The translations under genes and the position numbers were made by a program. Below are positions 53,108-63,861 of a stretch of 64,000 nt of DNA, piece after piece; within the stretch, counting starts at the first letter, position 1, and each line of letters begins with the position of its first letter. This stretch comes from Acidobacteriota bacterium (GTDB lineage: Bacteria; Acidobacteriota; Thermoanaerobaculia; Gp7-AA8). The notes under the pieces were generated by a model. The model searched no databases, was not told the DNA's origin, and saw only the letters and a list, made by a program, of their open reading frames with translations. The DNA is taken from contig JAFATB010000022.1 in the NCBI GenBank assembly GCA_019244185.1, positions 389,586-453,585 on the forward strand. Reading direction: 5' to 3'.

Positions 53108-56100
53108 TCAGGGCTGAATGGGCTCGTAGTCCGGCAGCAGCACGACGTTCTGCTTGCGCACCGCGTCGCGGAACTGCGCGACGTCGGACGCGTACAGCTG
53201 GTTCAGATCGGCGAGCACGCTGCGCAGCAGCAGCTCCGCGTTCGCGAGATACGTCAGCTGCGCGGGCGTCGGCGCGTCCCACGACGACTGCATGGCGTTG
53301 ATCGGATAGCCGATGCGGGACAGCACGTCGTTCTCGGCGACGAGGCCTTTCGTCTTCGGCGGCGTCCAGAGGCGGCGTTCGATGGCGTCGAGCTTCGCCT
53401 TCAGTTCCGTGGCCTGCTTCGTCAGCGGATCGGGCGGCGCGTTCGTCGCGGCGGCGTCGCGGTCGTCGTCCTTCTTCAGCTTCGCCGTGATCGCATCGAG
53501 ATCGGCGCGCGTCTTCTGGATGCGCTCGACCGCGGCGGTCGCGGTTTCCTGCAGCGCGCCAGCGCGCACGATCGCGTCGTACTTTGCCTGCCGCACCGAC
53601 TGCGCGATCGTCTCGCGCGGATCGGCGACGACGGTCACCTGCTGCTTCGCCTCGTTGCCGCGGAAGCGGATCGTGACGGTGTAGACGCCCGGCACGACTT
53701 CCGGACCTCCGCGCCGGCGGAACGATTCTTCTTCGCCCTCGCCGCGCTTCGGCTGCTTGAAGGCGTCGCGCGTGAGATCCCACGACGCGCGGTTCACGCC
53801 GAGGATCGCGGGACCTTTGAACTTGCGAATGACCTTGCCGGCGGCGTCGGCGACTTCGATGTCGACTTGCGGCGGCTTGTCGTCGCCGGCGCGTGTCGCC
53901 TGCGTTTGGCCTTGCGGCTTCTGCGCTTCCTTCTGTTCCTGCTTCGCCTTCTGCGCCTCCGGCTCCTTCGGCACGTCGCTCACGACCTGCGGCACGCCTT
54001 CGTCGGTCACGATCGCCTGCCGCGCGGCGTCGCGTTCCTTCTCCTTGCGCTCGCGTTCGCGTTCTTCCGTCGGATGCGGGATGCCGGCGACGTTGAGCGA
54101 GTAGGTGAGGAGCGCGCCGTACGGCTCGTTCTCGCCGCGGAATTCGGAGTCGCCGACGAAGCGCGAGCCTTCCTTCTGCCGCACGGTGTACTGCTGCGCG
54201 TCGGGCACGCTGAAGAAGTGCAGCGGCTCGGCGAGCACGGCTTTCGACATCGTGCGCAGCGGGCGGATGTCGTCGAGGATGTACGCGGCGCGCCCGTGCG
54301 TGGCGATGGCGAGATCGTGATCGCGCGGATGGATCTTCAGTCCCTGCACGGACACCGTCGGGAAGCCGTGCTTCCACTTCGACCACGACTTGCCGCCGTC
54401 GAGGCTCGTCCAGAGACCGAACTCCGTGCCGAGGAAGAGGAGATCGGCGTCGACCGGATCCTGTTCGATCGAGAGCGCGTAGCCCCAGAGGTCTTTCGTC
54501 GCCAGCGACGTCCACGTCTTGCCGTAGTCGTTCGTGCGGAAGACGTACGGCGTCCAGTTCGAGCGGCGGTGATCGTCGAGGACGATGAACGCGGTGCCGG
54601 CGTCGTACGTCGAGGCCTTGATCTCCGGCACCCACGTGTTCGCGGGAACGCCTTTGAGATTCGCCTCGACGCTCGTCCAGTGCGCGCCGCCGTCGCGCGT
54701 CACCTGCACGCGGCCGTCGTCGGTGCCGGCCCAGACGACGTTGCGGTCGACGGGACTCGGCGCGAGCGCGATGATCGTCGTGAAGTTCTCCGCGCCGCTC
54801 GCGTCGAGCGTGAGGCCGCCGCTCTTGTCCTGCTGCTGCCACTCCTTGCGATTCGTCGTGAGATCGGGGCTGATCGTCTTCCACGTCTCGCCGCGATCGC
54901 TCGAGTGATGCACGTACTGGCTGCCGAAGTAGACGCCGTTCGGATCGAACGGATCGACGGCGATGGCGGCGTTCCAGTTGAAGCGGATGGGCGTGTTCGG
55001 ATCGAGTGGCGCGGGGCGGATGTCCTTCCGCTCGCCGGTGCGCAGGTTCCAGCGGACGATGTGCCCTTCCTGGCTCATCGCGTAGCCGACCATCGGATCG
55101 GTGGGAATCGGCGCGGTGCCGAAGCCGTCGCCGAACCCGATCTCCTGCCAGTCCCAGTTGCGCACGCCGGCGGTCTCCCACGTCGTGTTCGGCCCTTTCC
55201 ACGAGCCGTTGTCCTGCATGCCGCCGTAGATGTTGTACGGCATCTCGTTGTCGACGGCGATGTGGTAGTACTGGCCGAGCGGCAGCGACGCGACGAAGCG
55301 CCAGCTCGTGCCACGGTCGCGCGATTCCGAGACGCCGCCGTCGTTGCCTTCGAGGATGTGGCCGCCGTCGTTCGGATCGATCCACATCGCGTGATGGTCG
55401 GGATGCACTTTCGAGTACGGCACGAGCGTCTTGAACGTGCGCCCGCCGTCGTTCGACACGCTGATCACCGAGTAGATGTTGTAGACGCGATTCGCGTCCT
55501 GCGGATCGACGCGGAGAAACGTGTAGTAGAACGGGCGATTGGCGATGTCGGTCTCCGTGTTGACCGCGGTCCATTTGCGACCGCCATCGTCGGAGCGCAG
55601 CAGCGCGCTCTTGTCGGCTTCGACGAGCGCGTAGACGATGCTCGGGTTCGAGCGCGCGATGGCGACGCCGATGCGCCCCAGCACACCTTTCGGCATGCCG
55701 TCGTCTTCGGTATAGCGCTTCCACGTTTCGCCGCCGTCGTACGAGACGTAGAGTCCCGAGCCGGGGCCGCCGGAGTTGAAGTACCACGGCCAGCGCCGGT
55801 ACTCCCACATCGACGCGAAGAGCTTGTTCGGATTCGACGGATCGATGACCAGATCGGCGGCGCCGGTGCGGTCGTTCACGAAGAGCACTTTGCGCCAGCT
55901 CTTGCCGCCGTCGACGGTCTTGAAGACGCCGCGGTCGGCGTTCGGCGACCACTCCTGGCCGAGCGCGGCGACCCAGGCGACGTTTGGATCGCGCGGATGC
56001 ACGACGATGCGCGGAATGCGCTCGGTCTTGTCGAGGCCGAGGTGCTGCCAGGTCTTGCCGCCGTCGAGCGTCCGGTAGACGCCGTTGCCGACGGAGACGG

Positions 56101-56452
56101 AGTTGCGCACGTTGCCTTCGCCGGTACCGACCCACACGATGTCGGGACTCGGCTGGAAGATGGCGATGGCGCCGATGGCGGCGACCGGCTGGTCGTCGAA
56201 GATGGGCGTGAAGCTCAGCGCGGCGTTCGTCGACTTCCAGAGGCCGCCGGTGGCGGCGCCGACGTAGACGATGTTCGGATTCGACTCGACCGCTTCGATC
56301 GCGGCGACGCGTCCGCTCATCGCGGCCGGACCGATCGAGCGCGCCTTCATGCCGGCGAGCAGCTCGGGATCGACCTGCGCGTGAAGAACGACGGGGAGAA
56401 GGAGAAGATGAAGGAGGGAGAGGAGGAGAACGGCAGTTCGACTCTTCTGCAT
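53108..56452 (-). CDS. Secreted Vps10/sortilin-like BNR (Asp-box) repeat protein, 1114 aa
   Basis: signal peptide; many S/T-x-D-x-G-x-T-W Asp-box repeats (DGGKTW, DGGETW, DDGGRKW, SNDGGRTF, SDRGETW, TRDGGAHW, NDYGKTW, SLDGGKSW); charged low-complexity linker KEKERDAARQ...QEQKEAQKPQGQ. Confidence 0.8.
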   Translation of the reverse strand: MQKSRTAVLLLSLLHLLLLPVVLHAQVDPELLAGMKARSIGPAAMSGRVAAIEAVESNPNIVYVGAATGGLWKSTNAALSFTPIFDDQPVAAIGAIAIFQPSPDIVWVGTGEGNVRNSVSVGNGVYRTLDGGKTWQHLGLDKTERIPRIVVHPRDPNVAWVAALGQEWSPNADRGVFKTVDGGKSWRKVLFVNDRTGAADLVIDPSNPNKLFASMWEYRRWPWYFNSGGPGSGLYVSYDGGETWKRYTEDDGMPKGVLGRIGVAIARSNPSIVYALVEADKSALLRSDDGGRKWTAVNTETDIANRPFYYTFLRVDPQDANRVYNIYSVISVSNDGGRTFKTLVPYSKVHPDHHAMWIDPNDGGHILEGNDGGVSESRDRGTSWRFVASLPLGQYYHIAVDNEMPYNIYGGMQDNGSWKGPNTTWETAGVRNWDWQEIGFGDGFGTAPIPTDPMVGYAMSQEGHIVRWNLRTGERKDIRPAPLDPNTPIRFNWNAAIAVDPFDPNGVYFGSQYVHHSSDRGETWKTISPDLTTNRKEWQQQDKSGGLTLDASGAENFTTIIALAPSPVDRNVVWAGTDDGRVQVTRDGGAHWTSVEANLKGVPANTWVPEIKASTYDAGTAFIVLDDHRRSNWTPYVFRTNDYGKTWTSLATKDLWGYALSIEQDPVDADLLFLGTEFGLWTSLDGGKSWSKWKHGFPTVSVQGLKIHPRDHDLAIATHGRAAYILDDIRPLRTMSKAVLAEPLHFFSVPDAQQYTVRQKEGSRFVGDSEFRGENEPYGALLTYSLNVAGIPHPTEERERERKEKERDAARQAIVTDEGVPQVVSDVPKEPEAQKAKQEQKEAQKPQGQTQATRAGDDKPPQVDIEVADAAGKVIRKFKGPAILGVNRASWDLTRDAFKQPKRGEGEEESFRRRGGPEVVPGVYTVTIRFRGNEAKQQVTVVADPRETIAQSVRQAKYDAIVRAGALQETATAAVERIQKTRADLDAITAKLKKDDDRDAAATNAPPDPLTKQATELKAKLDAIERRLWTPPKTKGLVAENDVLSRIGYPINAMQSSWDAPTPAQLTYLANAELLLRSVLADLNQLYASDVAQFRDAVRKQNVVLLPDYEPIQP

Positions 56453-56495
56453 GGAGGCGGATTCTACTCGCGCGCCTCCTCCGCTCCCGGGTGTT

Positions 56496-56747
56496 CTACA
56501 GCAGCGGCTGAGGCTGCGTGCGACCGTGAAGGTGACGCTGCACTTTCTTCACTTCCCACGTGACGACGCCCGTGCCGATGCCGAGGAGAATCGTGCCGAC
56601 GGCGAGCTTCACGAGGCCGCTGGCCGCCTTCGCCGCGAGTCCGAAGACCCACGCGCCGATGACGAGCGCGGCAACCGAGAGAATGCCCGCGCGCACGGCA
56701 ACGCCTTTTGCCGTATCGCGAAGAGAGAGTTCATGAGGTTCGTTCAT
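56496..56747 (-). CDS. Small membrane protein, hypothetical
   Basis: two predicted TM helices. Confidence 0.4.
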   Translation of the reverse strand: MNEPHELSLRDTAKGVAVRAGILSVAALVIGAWVFGLAAKAASGLVKLAVGTILLGIGTGVVTWEVKKVQRHLHGRTQPQPLL

Positions 56748-56783
56748 GCGAACGAGTAGGGCAAACAGCGCGCCGGTTTGATG

Positions 56784-57545
56784 TCAACCGCCGAGCTTCG
56801 TCAGCACGAATGCCACCAGAAAGCCAACCACGCTGATGATCCCCGTGAAGTCGTGCGCGACCTCGAACGCCTCGGGGATCATCGTATCGGACAGCATCGT
56901 CAGGATCGCGCCGGCCGCGGTCGCCGTCGTCGCCGCGATGACGTTCGCGCTCGCGTGGGCGAAGACGAGGTAGCCGAGGAGCGCGGCGAAGCCGCTGATG
57001 AGCGCGATGCCGCCCCAGACCGAGAAGACGTAGCGCGCGCTGCGATGCGCCGTGCGCATGCCGGCCGAGCTCGAGAGTCCTTCCGGAACGTTGGAGAGAA
57101 AAACCGCGACCACGGCGACGAGACTGACCTTTCCGCCGCCGAGGAGCGAGACGCCGATGACGATCGACTCGGGGATGCCGTCGAGGAGCGCGCCGACCGC
57201 GATGGCGAGCCCGCTGCCCGGATGGTCGCTCTCGGTCGGCTGCCGGTCGCCGGAACGCTTGCGGTGCTTCGCGCCGCGATGCACGCGCGTGAGCAGCAGG
57301 TTCGCCGCCGTGTAGACGATCGAGCCGCCGATGAACCCCGCGGCCGCGGAGACGAAGCCGCCGCGGTGATACGCCTCGTCCATCAGATCGAACGCGAGCG
57401 CGGAGATCAGCACGCCCGCGCCGAAGGCCATGATCGCCGCGACGAGCCGCTGCGGCACCCGCGTGAAGTAGCCGACGCCGGCGCCGAGCAGCAACGCCGA
57501 GCCTGCGAGGAGACCCCAGAATCCGGCGACGAGGGATTGCGGCAT
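56784..57545 (-). CDS. ZIP-family divalent metal transporter (ZupT-like)
   Basis: 8 TM pattern, HxxxE-type motifs (LLDGIPESIVIG, NVPEGLSSS). Confidence 0.8.
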   Translation of the reverse strand: MPQSLVAGFWGLLAGSALLLGAGVGYFTRVPQRLVAAIMAFGAGVLISALAFDLMDEAYHRGGFVSAAAGFIGGSIVYTAANLLLTRVHRGAKHRKRSGDRQPTESDHPGSGLAIAVGALLDGIPESIVIGVSLLGGGKVSLVAVVAVFLSNVPEGLSSSAGMRTAHRSARYVFSVWGGIALISGFAALLGYLVFAHASANVIAATTATAAGAILTMLSDTMIPEAFEVAHDFTGIISVVGFLVAFVLTKLGG

Positions 57546-57592
57546 CGTCGCGAGAGCATACCGCCTGCTACTCTCTCCCTCGGAGGGATTGA

Positions 57593-58357
57593 ATGACCGT
57601 TGCCGTCGTGGTGATCATCGTCGTTGCCGTCATCGCCGTCGTTGCGATCGCGTATGCCGCGAGCCGTGGCGGCGGAATCTCGCATGACGCGGGGATCCGC
57701 TTCACGTCGGTGGCGTCGTCGACGCCCGTGCTCGCGCTGACCGTGCCGAAGCCGGCCGATGTGGGGCAGTGGGGGAGCTACGTCGTCGTCATCGCGGCGA
57801 GCGCGCCGGGAACGAACATCGCGCCGCCGATGGCACCGACCGGCTGGACGCTCGTGCGCTCGACCGTCGCCGCCGGCAACGGCTTCCGCGTCGACACCTT
57901 CACCGCACTCGGCAACGACGTCAGCAACGCCAGTCCGTTCCGCTTCTCGCTCAACGGCAGCGGGCCGGCCACGACCGGCGGCATCGCGCCGGTGATGGCG
58001 AGCGCGTCGATCGTCTGGATAAAAAACGGCGGCGACGTGCGCGGCAGCGCGGACAGTCCGTCGAGCCTCGCCGCGCCGGCGCTCCCGAGCGCGGAGACGA
58101 GCTATCTGCTGCGCGTCTTCGGCGGACAGACGTTCGCGGCGATCTCGATTCCGACCGTTCCGGCGCCGGGGCCGCAGCATTGGGTGCTGACGAATCCGAA
58201 AGCGGGAGACGAACAGGACGGCCACACGCACGTCGTCGTGCTCGACACCGTGTCCGCGTCGCCGTCGAATCCGCCGCTCACCGCGACGCGGCCCGCGAGC
58301 GCGTCCGGCTCGACGGTCGCGCAATCGGTGCTCGTGCAGATCTTCGAGTACCTGTAG
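57593..58357 (+). CDS. Membrane-anchored hypothetical protein
   Basis: GGAGGGA RBS, N-terminal TM MTVAVVVIIVVAVIAVVAIAYAA, no known domain. Confidence 0.5.
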   Translation: MTVAVVVIIVVAVIAVVAIAYAASRGGGISHDAGIRFTSVASSTPVLALTVPKPADVGQWGSYVVVIAASAPGTNIAPPMAPTGWTLVRSTVAAGNGFRVDTFTALGNDVSNASPFRFSLNGSGPATTGGIAPVMASASIVWIKNGGDVRGSADSPSSLAAPALPSAETSYLLRVFGGQTFAAISIPTVPAPGPQHWVLTNPKAGDEQDGHTHVVVLDTVSASPSNPPLTATRPASASGSTVAQSVLVQIFEYL

Positions 58358-58372
58358 CGCGCGCGACGCGCG

Positions 58373-61300
58373 TCACGCCGTCTGCCGCTGCATCGTCTGG
58401 TGCATCACGCTGCCGATCGTCTCGAGGAGCGTCGAGACCTCGTACGGCTTGAGCAGGTAGGCGAGATGCGGCTTGTTCAGCAGCTCGTCGAGCTTCGAGC
58501 GATCGCCGTGGCCGGTCGAGAAGATGACGGGCAGCGTCGGATGCGTGACCGCGATGCGGTCGTAGACGGCCACGCCGTCCATGTCCGGCAGTCCGACGTC
58601 GAGCACGACGACGTCAGGCGTGCGCCGTGCGAGCGCCGCGATCGCGGCGGCGCCGCTCTCCGCGAGATCGACGATCATTCCCTCGCATTCGAGCAGCGCC
58701 GCGAGCCCGGTCGAGACGGCGCGGTCGTCTTCGACGAGCAGCACGCGCCGCGCGCCGGTCGCCGTCGGCGCGGCGTCGTTCTGGTCGTCGACCAGCTCGA
58801 GCGCGGGACGCTCGGCCATCGGAATGAAGATGTGGAACGTCGTGCCGATGCCGACGGTGCTCTCCGCGAAGATGTCGCCGCCGTGCCGCTGCACGACCTG
58901 GTGCGTCACCGAGAGGCCGAGTCCCGTGCCCGATTTCTTCGTGGTGAAGAGCGGCTCGAAGATGTGGCGCAGCGTCTCCGGCGGCATGCCGCTGCCGTTG
59001 TCGCTGACGATGAAGTGCACGAAGCGCTCGGGCTGATCGACAGCGAACGGCAGTCTCGCGCCCGGTTGCTCGCGGCACGCGGCGATGTTGATCGCGCCGG
59101 AGCCGACCATCGCGTCGCGCGCGTTGAGAATGAGGTTCGTGAACATCTGCTGCAGCTGATTCGGATCGCCGTCGATGCGCAGCCCCGGCTCCGTGATCGC
59201 CACTTCGATCGAGCATGACGGCGGCAGCAGCGTGCGCGCCTCGACGCAGATGTTCTGCAGCCAGCCGTCGACTTCGAACGTGGTGCGCGCCGGCTCGGCG
59301 GGCTGTGAGAAGCGGAGGATGTCTTCGGTGATGCGGCGTCCGCGTTTGACGGCGCGGGCGATGTGCTCGAGCGAGACCTCGACGTTCTTGCCGCGGCGCA
59401 CGAGCTCGACGAACGGCGCGATGCCCATGAGCACGTTGTTGAACTCGTGCGCGACGGTGGCGGCGAGGCGGCCGAGGCTCGAGACGCGGTTCGCCTGTTC
59501 GAGCTTCGCCTCGAGCTTCTGCCGCTCGCTGATGTCGGTGAAGCTGACGACGATGCCGACCGGCACGCCTTCATCGACGATCGGCGCGGCCGAGTATTCG
59601 ACCGGCACCGCGGTGCCGTCGGGACGCCAGAAGACGTCGAGCGCGAGCTCGCAGATCTCGCCGGTGCGGCCGACGGCGAACATCGGGCTCTCCGCCGAAC
59701 GCACGCCGGGCTTCTCGTACAGCAGCCCGTGCATGTCGGCGCCGAGGAGCTCGTCCTGCGAGCGTCCGACGAGGCGCGCCGCCGCGGCGTTGCACATCGT
59801 GCAGATGCCGTCGAGATCCGTCGTGATGATGCCTTCGACGGTCGATTCGAGCAGCAACTGCAGGTTGCGCGTGAGGTTCTGCCGCTCTTTCTCCGCGCGC
59901 AGCGTGTCGGTGACGTCGCGCGCGAAGCCGTAGATCGCGGTGGTGCGGCCGTTCTCGACTTTCGGGAACGACGTCAGCTCGACGGTCACCGGCCCGTTCT
60001 TGCCGAGGATCGGCAGCACGTCCGACACCGACTCGTGATCCTCGACGACTTTCCGGAACACGCCGCCGGAGTGGCCGCGGTGGTCGGGATGCACGAGCTC
60101 GATGTAGCGGCGTCCGATCCATTCGCTGGCGGGAAAGCCGGTCACTTTCTCGAACGCCGCGTTGATCGACGTGAACGTGCCCTGCATCGAGATCGTGAAG
60201 ATGACTTCCGACGCGCCTTCGACGACGTCGCGGTAGCGTTCCTCGGAAGCCACGAGCGCGCGGCTGGCGCGCTCCCGCTCCATCGCTTCGGACATGAGGT
60301 TCGCCAGAGACTCGATGAAGTGAACGTCCGACTCGCTGAAGCGCTTGTCGTGCCGCGACTGCGCGACGAGCACGCCGAAGATCGACGTGGGGCTCGACAC
60401 CGGAACGGTGACGCCGCTGCGGATGCCCGCTTCGATGAAGAGCGGCGCGGTGCCGAAGTGCGCGGCGGTGTAGTCGTCGACGACGACTGGATGGTTGTTC
60501 AGCAGCGAGACGCCCGACTGCGACCGCTCGTCGACCGGCACGACCGGATACGGCTCCGCCGCCCAGTGCGTGCCGGCGCGGTAGCGCAGCACGCCCGACT
60601 CGACGTCGAGCTCGTAGTACATCGCATGCTCGACGCCGAGGCGCTCCTGGATGAGCGTGCACGCGCGGTCGAGCGTGGCCGTGCCAACGGACTTCACGGC
60701 GAGCCGGCTGAGCTCCGCGATCGCGCTCTGCTGCAGCGCGCGTACGCGCAGCTCGCTTTCGACCGACTGCCGTTCGATCGCCTGCGCGAGCACGGCCGCG
60801 ATCGAGCGGAGGAAGTCGACGTCGGCGGTGGAGAAGACCCGCCGCGTACGCGAGTACGCGTTGAGCAGGCCCCACGTCTCCTGCTTGCCGGTGACGATCG
60901 GGATGCCGAGGCCGCTGACGACGCCGGTGCGCACGAAGCGCGGCGGAATCTCGAAGCGCGTCTCCGTCTGCAGGTCGTCGACGACGACGGGCGCGTCCTG
61001 CGAGATGACGAAGCTCGAGTACGCGGTGTTGTCGAGCATCTCGCCGGGTGTGAGCTCACCGTCCCATCCGTGGCCCGCGGCGTAGCGGAAGCCGCCGGCG
61101 GTTTTCTCGATGATGCTGGAGAACTCGACGCCGAGGACGCGCGTGGCCGTCTCCGCGGCCTCGGCGAGCAGCGCATCGATCGAGTCGCCGCGCAGTCCGA
61201 TCGCGCCGAGGTCCGCAACGGCCGCGTGCTGCATCGCGCGGCGCTGCAGCTCTTCCTGATGCATGCGCAGCTCGGTGACGTCCTGCAGCACGCCGATGAC

Positions 61301-62728
61301 TTTCACCGGCTTGCCGGCGTCGTTGTTGATGACGCGGCCGCGGCCCTGCACCCAGCGCACTTCGCCGTCGGGCATGAGCAGGCGCGCCGTGTCGTCGAAC
61401 GGACCGCCCTTCTCCGCCATCTCGAACCGGCGCGCCTGCACGGCCGGCAGATCGTCGGGGTGATAGCGCGACTCGATCAGCGCGACGTCGGGCTGTTTCC
61501 GCGGCTCGAAGCCGAAGATGCGATAGAACTCGTCCGACCACGCGCGGCGGCCGGTCTCGAGGTCGAGCTCCCAGCTGCCCATGCGCGCGATGCGTTGCGC
61601 GTCGGCGAGCAGCTCGCGGCTCGAGCGCAGCTCTTCCTCGGCGCGCCGGCGTTCGGTGATGTCGTGCGACACAGCGACGACGCCGGCGAGGTTGCCCGCG
61701 GCATCGTGCAGCGCGCCGCCGAGCACCCACGCGGGGAAGAGCGTGCCGTTGCGCCGCTGCAGCGTGAGCTCGCCCGACCAGTGCCCGCCGGCGATGAGAC
61801 GGCGCAGGATGTTCGTGCCGTCCTCGCGCGTCTGCGGAGGAATCATCTCCAGCAGCAGCCGGCCCATCACGCGCTCGGCGCGCCAGCCGTACAGCTCTTC
61901 GGCGAATCGGTTCCAGTAGATGATGCGGCCGGTCTTGTCGGCGGCGACGACCGCTTCCTGCACGGAGTCGAGCAGGCGCGCCTGCATCGACAGCTGTTCC
62001 TGCGTCTGTTTGCGCGCGGTGATGTCTTCGATGAGCCAGACGATCTGTTCGATGTCGCCGTTGTCGCTGGCGATCGCGGAGACGGTGACGCTGCCCCAGA
62101 CGATCGCGCCGTCGCGGCGGAGGAAGCGCGCCTCGTACGTGGTGGCGTCGCCGGGGCGGCGGTCGAGCGCGAAGTCGGCGAGGTGGCGGCCGACGATGGC
62201 CTCGCGCGGATAGCCGAGCGTCGTCACCACGCGGTCGTTGATCTTGAGGAAGCGGCCGTCGGGCGTGCTGACGGCGACGCCGATCGGCGCGTGCTCGAAG
62301 ATGCGACGGTAGCGTTCCTCGGAACGGCGGAACGCGTCGAACAGACTGCTGCGCTCCGCGCGCAGCTGCTGGTCGCGCAGCTCGCGCTCGATCGCCGGAC
62401 CGAGCCGGCCGAGGCGATCCTTCATCACGTAGTCGTTCGCGCCGGCGCGGATGATGTCCACCGCGCGCTCCTCGCCGACCATGCCGGAGACGATGATGAA
62501 CGGCACGCGCGCGTCGACGGCGCGCACCATCGCCAGCGCCTCGCCGCCGCCGAAGCCCGGGAGGTTGTAGTCGCACAGAATCAGCGACCACGGTCCTTCA
62601 TCGAGCGCCTCGGCGAGTGCCGCGCGCGTATCGACGCGCCGCGGCTCGAAGTCGAGGCCGAAACGCCGCAGTTCCGCGGTGACCAGCTCCGCGTCGTACG
62701 GGTTGTCCTCGATCATCAACAGCTTCAT
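58373..62728 (-). CDS. Large hybrid sensor histidine kinase: N-terminal receiver, multiple PAS and GAF domains, HisKA, HATPase_c, C-terminal receiver (1451 aa)
   Basis: REC MKLLMIEDNPYDAELV...DYNLPGFGG; H-box AHEFNNVLMGI; G-boxes GTGLGLSV; C-terminal RVLLVEDDRAV...VVLDVGLPDMDG. Confidence 0.85.
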   Translation of the reverse strand: MKLLMIEDNPYDAELVTAELRRFGLDFEPRRVDTRAALAEALDEGPWSLILCDYNLPGFGGGEALAMVRAVDARVPFIIVSGMVGEERAVDIIRAGANDYVMKDRLGRLGPAIERELRDQQLRAERSSLFDAFRRSEERYRRIFEHAPIGVAVSTPDGRFLKINDRVVTTLGYPREAIVGRHLADFALDRRPGDATTYEARFLRRDGAIVWGSVTVSAIASDNGDIEQIVWLIEDITARKQTQEQLSMQARLLDSVQEAVVAADKTGRIIYWNRFAEELYGWRAERVMGRLLLEMIPPQTREDGTNILRRLIAGGHWSGELTLQRRNGTLFPAWVLGGALHDAAGNLAGVVAVSHDITERRRAEEELRSSRELLADAQRIARMGSWELDLETGRRAWSDEFYRIFGFEPRKQPDVALIESRYHPDDLPAVQARRFEMAEKGGPFDDTARLLMPDGEVRWVQGRGRVINNDAGKPVKVIGVLQDVTELRMHQEELQRRAMQHAAVADLGAIGLRGDSIDALLAEAAETATRVLGVEFSSIIEKTAGGFRYAAGHGWDGELTPGEMLDNTAYSSFVISQDAPVVVDDLQTETRFEIPPRFVRTGVVSGLGIPIVTGKQETWGLLNAYSRTRRVFSTADVDFLRSIAAVLAQAIERQSVESELRVRALQQSAIAELSRLAVKSVGTATLDRACTLIQERLGVEHAMYYELDVESGVLRYRAGTHWAAEPYPVVPVDERSQSGVSLLNNHPVVVDDYTAAHFGTAPLFIEAGIRSGVTVPVSSPTSIFGVLVAQSRHDKRFSESDVHFIESLANLMSEAMERERASRALVASEERYRDVVEGASEVIFTISMQGTFTSINAAFEKVTGFPASEWIGRRYIELVHPDHRGHSGGVFRKVVEDHESVSDVLPILGKNGPVTVELTSFPKVENGRTTAIYGFARDVTDTLRAEKERQNLTRNLQLLLESTVEGIITTDLDGICTMCNAAAARLVGRSQDELLGADMHGLLYEKPGVRSAESPMFAVGRTGEICELALDVFWRPDGTAVPVEYSAAPIVDEGVPVGIVVSFTDISERQKLEAKLEQANRVSSLGRLAATVAHEFNNVLMGIAPFVELVRRGKNVEVSLEHIARAVKRGRRITEDILRFSQPAEPARTTFEVDGWLQNICVEARTLLPPSCSIEVAITEPGLRIDGDPNQLQQMFTNLILNARDAMVGSGAINIAACREQPGARLPFAVDQPERFVHFIVSDNGSGMPPETLRHIFEPLFTTKKSGTGLGLSVTHQVVQRHGGDIFAESTVGIGTTFHIFIPMAERPALELVDDQNDAAPTATGARRVLLVEDDRAVSTGLAALLECEGMIVDLAESGAAAIAALARRTPDVVVLDVGLPDMDGVAVYDRIAVTHPTLPVIFSTGHGDRSKLDELLNKPHLAYLLKPYEVSTLLETIGSVMHQTMQRQTA

Positions 62729-63861
62729 GAGGTCTCGCTTCCGAGCGTGAAGAAGAACGTCGTGCCGCGGCCCGGCTCCGTCTCCACGCGCACCGTGCCG
62801 CCGTGGCGGCGGACGATGCGCTGCACGATGGCGAGCCCGAGGCCGTGACCGTCGTACTGCGAAACGGGATTGAGGCGCTGGAACGGCGCGAAGACGGCCG
62901 TCGCGTACGCCGGGTCGAAGCCGATGCCGTTGTCGCGGACGAAGAGCTCCGCGCCGTCGCGGCCGACGATCACGTGCGCGTCTTCGCGCTTCGTGCTGAA
63001 CTTCACGGCGTTGCCGATCAGGTTCTCGAGCGTGATGCGCAGGAGCTGCGGATCGGCGGAAACGCGCAGGTCCTTTTCAATGTCGATGCGGATGGCGTGA
63101 TCGCCGGAACGCGCGCGCACGTCGCCGACGACCGCGCGGGCGAGCACCGTGAAATCGAGGTCCTGCCTGCGCAGCGGACTGCGCGAGAGGCGCACCATGC
63201 CGAGGATGTCGTCGAGAAGGAGCGCCATGCGTCCGACGGCGGTGCGGATGCGCTGGATACTGCCGCGCGCGGGCTCGTCGAGCGTCGCCGCGTGATCGAG
63301 CTCGAGCTGCGTGCTGAAGCCGTCGATGGCGCGGAGCGGCGCGCGCAGATCGTGCGCGACCGAGTACGAGAAGGTCTCCGTCTCCTCGCGGAGCTCCGCC
63401 AGCTCGCGCGTGAGCCGTGCCACCTCGGAGTTCTGCCGCTCCAGCTCGTGCCACGCCGAGACGTCGCAGACGAACGAGACGTACTGCTGCGTGTCCGCGT
63501 CGGCGAGGACGGTCGTGACGTGCGTGACGACGAGCGTGCCGTCGGGACGCGTCCAGCGCTTCTCGTACGTCGCGCAGCGTCCCTCCTCGCGCAATTCGTC
63601 GTGCGCGCGCGCCTCGGCCACTCGCGACTCGCGCGCGGTCAGCGTTTCCCACTGCAGCGACGCGAGCAGCGTTTCGTCGATGCCGGCCAGCTCGAGGAAC
63701 TTCGCGTTCGCGGAGGTGAGGGAGCCGCCGGCGGTCCACTGGACGACGCCGATGAGGTTCGATTCGGAGAGCGCGTGTAAGAGGCCGGCAGGTTCGCCGG
63801 GACCGGCAGAAAAGAGGGCGTGAGCCCCGAAGCCCTTCAGGGCAAGAGGAAGTGTGGTCAT
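62725..63861 (-). CDS. PAS-domain sensor histidine kinase
   Basis: H-box SYSVAHDLRAPLRAI, HATPase_c LIGNAVKFS...DNGIGFD...GHGLGLAIV; start ATG 63861 (MTTLPLALKG), 4-nt overlap with downstream HK. Confidence 0.8.
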   Translation of the reverse strand: MTTLPLALKGFGAHALFSAGPGEPAGLLHALSESNLIGVVQWTAGGSLTSANAKFLELAGIDETLLASLQWETLTARESRVAEARAHDELREEGRCATYEKRWTRPDGTLVVTHVTTVLADADTQQYVSFVCDVSAWHELERQNSEVARLTRELAELREETETFSYSVAHDLRAPLRAIDGFSTQLELDHAATLDEPARGSIQRIRTAVGRMALLLDDILGMVRLSRSPLRRQDLDFTVLARAVVGDVRARSGDHAIRIDIEKDLRVSADPQLLRITLENLIGNAVKFSTKREDAHVIVGRDGAELFVRDNGIGFDPAYATAVFAPFQRLNPVSQYDGHGLGLAIVQRIVRRHGGTVRVETEPGRGTTFFFTLGSETS